Shown here: piece by piece, positions 59,527 to 64,000 of the stretch | How positions within the stretch are numbered: position 1 is the stretch's first letter | How the letters are laid out: each line of letters starts with the position of its first letter | NCBI GenBank assembly: GCA_016930485.1 | Contig: JAFGGP010000013.1 | Coordinates: forward strand, 25,157 to 89,156 | Origin: Candidatus Omnitrophota bacterium | Lineage (GTDB): Bacteria; Omnitrophota; Gorgyraeia; JAFGGP01 | Length of the DNA stretch: 64,000 nt | Direction: 5' to 3' | Position numbers and translations under genes: made by a program | The notes under the pieces: generated by a model | Seen by the model: the letters and a program-made list of their open reading frames with translations, nothing else | Databases searched by the model: none | Told to the model about the DNA's origin: nothing

Positions 59527-60573
59527 GTGGGAAAAGGTCGTCGTACATCAGGTAAAAAATCGCCGGAAAAACAGGATCTTTCAGCGGAGGGTAAGAAAAG
59601 GTCGCTCGAACTTGCATTAGAGCAGATCGAAAAGCAGTTTGGCCAGGGGTCTATTATGACTTTGGGCCAGGATCGCCTGTCTAACATTGAGACGATTTCT
59701 ACCGGTTCGGTCGCGCTGGACGTGGCACTGGGGGGCGGCGGCGTACCACGTGGTCGCATCGTAGAGATCTACGGCCCTGAAGGGAGCGGGAAGACAACGC
59801 TTACCCTGAGCGTAATAGCGCAGGCACAGAAAAAAAAGGGGGTTGCCGCCTTTATCGATGCGGAGCATGGACTTGACCCGTTTTACGCCAAGAAACTCGG
59901 CGTCAATCTGGACGAGTTGCTTATCTCGCAGCCTGATACCGGAGAACAGGCCCTTGAGATAGCAGAGATGCTCATACGGTCGAACTCCGTCGATGTCCTG
60001 GTGATTGATTCGGTGGCTGCGTTGGTGCCCCGCGCTGAAATCGAGGGAGAAATGGGCGATCAGTTTATCGGACTTCAGGCCCGCCTCATGAGCCAGGCAT
60101 TGAGAAAGCTTACCGCCGCGGTCAGCAAGTCCAAGACATGCCTGATCTTTATTAATCAACTCCGCATGAAAATAGGGGTTATGTTTGGCAATCCGGAGAC
60201 TACGCCGGGCGGCAGGGCACTGAAGTTCTTTTCCTCGGTGCGCATCGACGTCCGCCGAATCGCCACCATCAAGAAAGGGGATAAGGTTATCGGAACCCGT
60301 GCCGTTGCCAAGGTTGTCAAAAATAAAATCGCCCCTCCTTTCCGTCAGGCCGAGTTTGATATTATGCATGACGAAGGTATTTCCGTTGTCGGGAGCATTG
60401 TTGACATGGGAGAGATTACGGGTCTTATTAAAAAATCCGGCAGCTGGCTGATATATGGCGATACAAAGCTTGGCCAAGGAAAAGAACAGGCAAAGGGGTA
60501 TTTGAAGGAAAACCCCGATCTTCTGGATGAACTGACAAACAAGATACGAGAGCACGCAGCCGCAGAACTGTAA
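59527..60573 (+). CDS. recA: recombinase RecA
   Basis: Motifs include [15 protein letters not shown], the Walker [10 protein letters not shown], and the L1/L2 regions. The GTG 59527 start is chosen because SD AAGGAGG (59514-59520) lies 6 nt upstream. Confidence 0.95.
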   Translation: MGKGRRTSGKKSPEKQDLSAEGKKRSLELALEQIEKQFGQGSIMTLGQDRLSNIETISTGSVALDVALGGGGVPRGRIVEIYGPEGSGKTTLTLSVIAQAQKKKGVAAFIDAEHGLDPFYAKKLGVNLDELLISQPDTGEQALEIAEMLIRSNSVDVLVIDSVAALVPRAEIEGEMGDQFIGLQARLMSQALRKLTAAVSKSKTCLIFINQLRMKIGVMFGNPETTPGGRALKFFSSVRIDVRRIATIKKGDKVIGTRAVAKVVKNKIAPPFRQAEFDIMHDEGISVVGSIVDMGEITGLIKKSGSWLIYGDTKLGQGKEQAKGYLKENPDLLDELTNKIREHAAAEL

Positions 60574-60620
60574 TTATAGCCTTCCCTCTCTTTCCATAGA
60601 TGGTTAAAGGAGGATACATA

Positions 60621-62078
60621 ATGATCAGAGCCCGATCACTCACCGGAGTCGTGGCATCCTTTTGTGTGGCACTCGCCGCTTTTTCTTTTCTGTCTTCGGA
60701 GGTCATCGCCTCTGTAGAGGAACTGGAAGAGTCTTTCGGAAAGGTTGCCAGAGAGATCGGGCCCGCGGTCGTTTCTATCAGCACCGAACATGTTGAGCGA
60801 ATAGAGACGCTGCCGTTTTACGGCCTTGGCGAACTGGGGCCCGAGGCCTATCAGGATGAATTTTTTAGGCAGTTTTTTAAGGAGTTTTTTGGCGGTATCC
60901 CCGAGCGGGAGATTCGCCGGCTGGGTCTGGGATCGGGTGTGATTATCAATCCGGACGGTTATATCCTTACCAACGAACACGTCATTCAAGGGGCGGATCG
61001 GATTACCGTAACCCTCTCTGACGGCCGAGAATTCCAGGGGACGGTCAGGGGGACCGATTATCGCTCCGACCTCGCCATTATTAAAATAGAGGCCCGCGGT
61101 CTGCCTACCGCGGTTCTAGGGGATTCGGACAGGGTGAAGATCGGGCAGTGGGCGATCGCGATCGGCAATCCCTTTGGTTATGCCCTGATGAACTCAGAGC
61201 CAACGGTTACCGTCGGTGTCATCAGCGCCTTAAACAGGTCCCTCAGGAGAACCAGTTACCGGGAGCGGGATTACGGGGATCTGATGCAGACCGATGCAGC
61301 AATTAATCCGGGCAATAGCGGCGGACCGCTGGTCAATATTCACGGAGAGGTGATCGGCATCAATGTCGCTATCATTGCGGCTGCCGGAGGTCCCCCGGCC
61401 TATCAGGGGATGGGATTCGCCATCCCTGTCAACACCGCGAAATTTATCCTCGCAGACCTTATCAGCGGCCGTGAGGTTCAATATGGGTGGCTCGGTGTCA
61501 ATATCCAGGACCTCGATGAGGCCCTTGCCCGCTATTTTAATTTTTCCGACAGAGACGGTGTTCTGGTAGCATACGTCTTTAAGGGATCTCCTGCCGATGA
61601 AGCCGGCTTACGGGAGGGGGATATTATACGCCAGTATAACGGCGAGCCGATACGCAATGTCCGTGACTTAATCAAAAAAGTGGGGCATACGACCGTCGGG
61701 AATTCTGCTCAGATGCAGGTTTTCAGAACCGGCAAGTTCATCGATATCTCAATACGGATCGAAAAACGCCCGACCGATATCACCGAACTGGGAACGCCGC
61801 AACCTGAGGAGGGACGAAACTGGAGAGGGCTGAGCGTGCAGGCCATTGCGCCACAGCTTGCCGAAAGACTGCAGATTGATGTGAATGCCGGTGTCCTGGT
61901 AGTTGATGTTATCCCCGGTTCTCAGGTGGATGAGGCCGGCCTGAGACCAGGACATATTATCAGGGAAATTGACAAGAACAAAATTGACGGTATATCTTCC
62001 TATAATGCCGTGGTTGGTTCCGTAAAAGGCGAGGTGCTGGTAAGGACCAATAGAGGATATGTTGTCGTTCGCGAGTAA
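60621..62078 (+). CDS. periplasmic serine endoprotease HtrA/DegP/DegQ family (trypsin domain + 2 PDZ)
   Basis: It has a signal peptide and the catalytic triad context TNEHV...DLAIIKI...GNSGGPLVN, followed by two PDZ-like regions. SD AGGAGG precedes ATG 60621. Confidence 0.9.
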   Translation: MIRARSLTGVVASFCVALAAFSFLSSEVIASVEELEESFGKVAREIGPAVVSISTEHVERIETLPFYGLGELGPEAYQDEFFRQFFKEFFGGIPEREIRRLGLGSGVIINPDGYILTNEHVIQGADRITVTLSDGREFQGTVRGTDYRSDLAIIKIEARGLPTAVLGDSDRVKIGQWAIAIGNPFGYALMNSEPTVTVGVISALNRSLRRTSYRERDYGDLMQTDAAINPGNSGGPLVNIHGEVIGINVAIIAAAGGPPAYQGMGFAIPVNTAKFILADLISGREVQYGWLGVNIQDLDEALARYFNFSDRDGVLVAYVFKGSPADEAGLREGDIIRQYNGEPIRNVRDLIKKVGHTTVGNSAQMQVFRTGKFIDISIRIEKRPTDITELGTPQPEEGRNWRGLSVQAIAPQLAERLQIDVNAGVLVVDVIPGSQVDEAGLRPGHIIREIDKNKIDGISSYNAVVGSVKGEVLVRTNRGYVVVRE

Positions 62079-62581
62079 TGACCGACCGATTCCGTGACGA
62101 ATCCGCCCGGGCAATAGCCTATGCGTATAAACTGCTTCGTATGCGTCCGCTCTCCGAGGCCAGACTCAGGGAGCGGTTAAGTGTCAGGGGTTTCAGTGAG
62201 ACGTGTATCACGCGCGTAGTAAATAAACTGAAGCAAGGCTCCTACGTTGATGACCGGTCTCTTGCGACGTCTTTGTTGCGTGTGCAGTTAAGGCACACCC
62301 CTTCAGGTTATGCGTCCCTTAAGGAAAAACTCCTCTCTAAAGGGATTCCCGAAGAGATTGCGCATGAGGCCCTTGATGAGTTGAGACAGGAGTATAGCGA
62401 GTATGCACTCGCAAAACAGTGTGTGCTCAAAAAGCGTGCCTCTATAAAAAAAGGAGATGCCGCCGACGAGGTGCGGCAACTGACTGCTTATCTTCGACGA
62501 CGGGGCTTTGAGGAGGAGCTCATCAACCGTCTTATCGATGAGTTTTCACTTGGGAAAGGAAGCGGATTTCATGAAGGGTAA
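62078..62581 (+). CDS. recX: recombination regulator RecX
   Basis: It has three-helix repeat architecture with AIAYAYKLLRMRPLSEARLRERL and YVDDRSLATSLLR. It has a TAATG overlap with htrA. Confidence 0.8.
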   Translation: MTDRFRDESARAIAYAYKLLRMRPLSEARLRERLSVRGFSETCITRVVNKLKQGSYVDDRSLATSLLRVQLRHTPSGYASLKEKLLSKGIPEEIAHEALDELRQEYSEYALAKQCVLKKRASIKKGDAADEVRQLTAYLRRRGFEEELINRLIDEFSLGKGSGFHEG

Positions 62582-64000
62582 GGAACTGAGAAGGCGCTAT
62601 CTCGCCTTTTTTGAAAAGAGAGGCCATGCGGTCATAAAGAGCGATTCGCTTGTTCCGGCGGACGACCCGACGGTCCTTTTCACCGGTGCCGGCATGAATC
62701 AATTTAAGGAGTATTTTCTCGGCAAGAAAAAAGATATGGCAAGGGCCACTTCCTCTCAAAAATGCCTGAGGACAGGAGATCTCGATAATGTCGGTAAAAC
62801 AGCCTATCATCACACATTTTTTGAGATGCTCGGCAACTTTTCATTCGGTGACTATTTTAAGAAAGAGGCGATTCAATGGGCATGGGAGTTCCTGAGAGAT
62901 GATTTGCGCATCGCTGCGGATAAGCTATGGGTATCGGTATATACCGACGATCAGGAGGCCTTTGATATCTGGACAAACGATATAGGGGTTCCGGTAAATA
63001 AGATTGTCCGTTTAGGGGAAAAAGAAAATTTTTGGCCCTCGAACGCTATTAAAGAAGGGCCCAATGGTCCGTGCGGCCCTTGTTCAGAGATATTTTTTGA
63101 TAAGGGTCCGGATAAAGGGTGCGGCAGAACCGATTGTTCTCCCGCATGCAGTTGCGGCCGTTTTGTTGAGATATGGAATCTGGTATTCACACAGTTTAAC
63201 AGAAAAGAAGGCGGCATCCTGGAGCCGCTGCCGTCTAAAAATATTGATACCGGAATGGGGCTTGAACGGATGCTCTCGGTATTGCAGAAAGCAGATACTA
63301 ATTACGATACGGATTTGTTCCAACCAATCACCGACGCAATAACACAGATCATGAAAGAGGGCTCGCTGGAACCGTCTGCGGCCCGCCCAGCGGATGTGCA
63401 CACTCTTTGCGATCACATCCGCGCTATTACGTTTTCCATCTGTGACGGCGTACTTCCATCGAACGAGGAACGCGGCTATGTCGTTCGGATGTTAATTCGC
63501 CGCTCGGCACGCATCGGTAATCAGATGGGATTGACGGGACCGTTTCTCTACAGGCTTATTGATGCGGTTGCGGCTGTTATGGCGGACGGCTATCCTGAGC
63601 TCAGCGAACGGGCCAAGGGAATCGCCCAGATTGTGCGACTGGAGGAAGAACGTTTTCTGCAGACGCTGGAGAGCGGAGGCGTGCGGTTGGATGAGTTACT
63701 CAATGCCCTGAAGACGACGGGACAGAAGGCAATCCCGGGAGAGGAGGCATTCCGACTGTATGATACCTACGGGTTCCCTGTGGAGCTTACCCAGATGGTT
63801 GCCCAACAGAAGGGATTCTCGGTTGATAAGGCAGGATTTGAAAGATGCATGGACGCACAGAGGGCGCTCTCGCGCGAATCAAGCAGCCTGAAAGGAGAAA
63901 TTTTCAGTGATACCTTCTCCCAGAAATTAGAGGGGTTGTTTCCGCCGACCGAATTTATTGGGTATCAGGTTTTTGAATGCGAGGGGGTTGTTGTTGGAAT
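62571..64000 (+). CDS. alaS: alanine--tRNA ligase (3' end beyond window)
   Basis: It is not in the ORF track because no stop lies within the window. The manual translation from ATG 62571 is MKGKELRRRYLAFFEKRGHAVIKSDSLVPADDPTVLFTGAGMNQFKE...GPCGPCSEIFFD...FVEIWNLVFTQFNR...IDTGMGLERM, matching the class II AlaRS catalytic core. Confidence 0.9.
   Translation, partial: MKGKELRRRYLAFFEKRGHAVIKSDSLVPADDPTVLFTGAGMNQFKEYFLGKKKDMARATSSQKCLRTGDLDNVGKTAYHHTFFEMLGNFSFGDYFKKEAIQWAWEFLRDDLRIAADKLWVSVYTDDQEAFDIWTNDIGVPVNKIVRLGEKENFWPSNAIKEGPNGPCGPCSEIFFDKGPDKGCGRTDCSPACSCGRFVEIWNLVFTQFNRKEGGILEPLPSKNIDTGMGLERMLSVLQKADTNYDTDLFQPITDAITQIMKEGSLEPSAARPADVHTLCDHIRAITFSICDGVLPSNEERGYVVRMLIRRSARIGNQMGLTGPFLYRLIDAVAAVMADGYPELSERAKGIAQIVRLEEERFLQTLESGGVRLDELLNALKTTGQKAIPGEEAFRLYDTYGFPVELTQMVAQQKGFSVDKAGFERCMDAQRALSRESSSLKGEIFSDTFSQKLEGLFPPTEFIGYQVFECEGVVVG

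Noticed and set aside
59617-60555. A 312-aa minus-strand ORF lies opposite recA.
   Set aside because: It is entirely antisense to an unmistakable recA coding sequence, with no motifs and no SD or start context. It is a shadow ORF.

Overview
This is a 64-kb window from a diderm (Gram-negative-type) bacterium. No finer taxonomic call is possible from the sequence alone. The abundance of B12-type radical SAM genes hints at an anaerobic, possibly uncultivated lineage. No rRNA genes, CRISPR array, transposase or integrase were seen.

**Left flank (1-7.5 kb), housekeeping and signalling.** It holds a 5'-truncated TonB-dependent receptor plus a TonB-like protein, tRNA(CAU) and tRNA-Val(CAC). Next come a COG1579-type zinc-ribbon protein, RNase HI, a type-A RNase P RNA, a HAMP-GAF-HD-GYP protein and a PilT-like ATPase.

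**Centre (about 7.6-49.3 kb), one very large envelope-glycan locus.** About 25 co-directional, mostly overlapping genes sit on the + strand, with two genes on the - strand.
- It combines a WecA-like initiator, a Wzm-like permease, many GT4/GT2 transferases, and a GtrB/ArnC-like polyprenyl-phosphate glycosyltransferase.
- It has five ArnT/PMT_2-like GT-C membrane transferases, three of them in tandem.
- It also carries AsnB, a DegT aminotransferase, a Wzy_C/WaaL-like protein, and five radical SAM domains.

**Right flank (49.4-64 kb), housekeeping.** The genes are rpsO-pnp-uppP-ftsK-rodZ-like-rimO-thpR, a pgsA-pgpA fusion, cinA(PncC), and recA-htrA-recX-alaS (alaS is 3'-truncated).

**Most interesting observations:**
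1. A 1,900-aa single ORF fuses a Wzt-type ABC ATPase to three copies of an unassigned ~210-aa module and to two different radical SAM domains.
2. The same module recurs three more times at the C-terminus of a GT-C transferase, so it is predicted on both sides of the membrane.
3. Two paralogous secreted CBM-like proteins each head a GT-C block.
4. A 38-aa membrane ORF is translationally coupled on both sides.
5. Each of the two tRNA genes is followed by a conserved ~150-nt module that ends in an exact copy of that tRNA's own 3' end.

All functional calls come from reading motifs in the translations. No database search was run.
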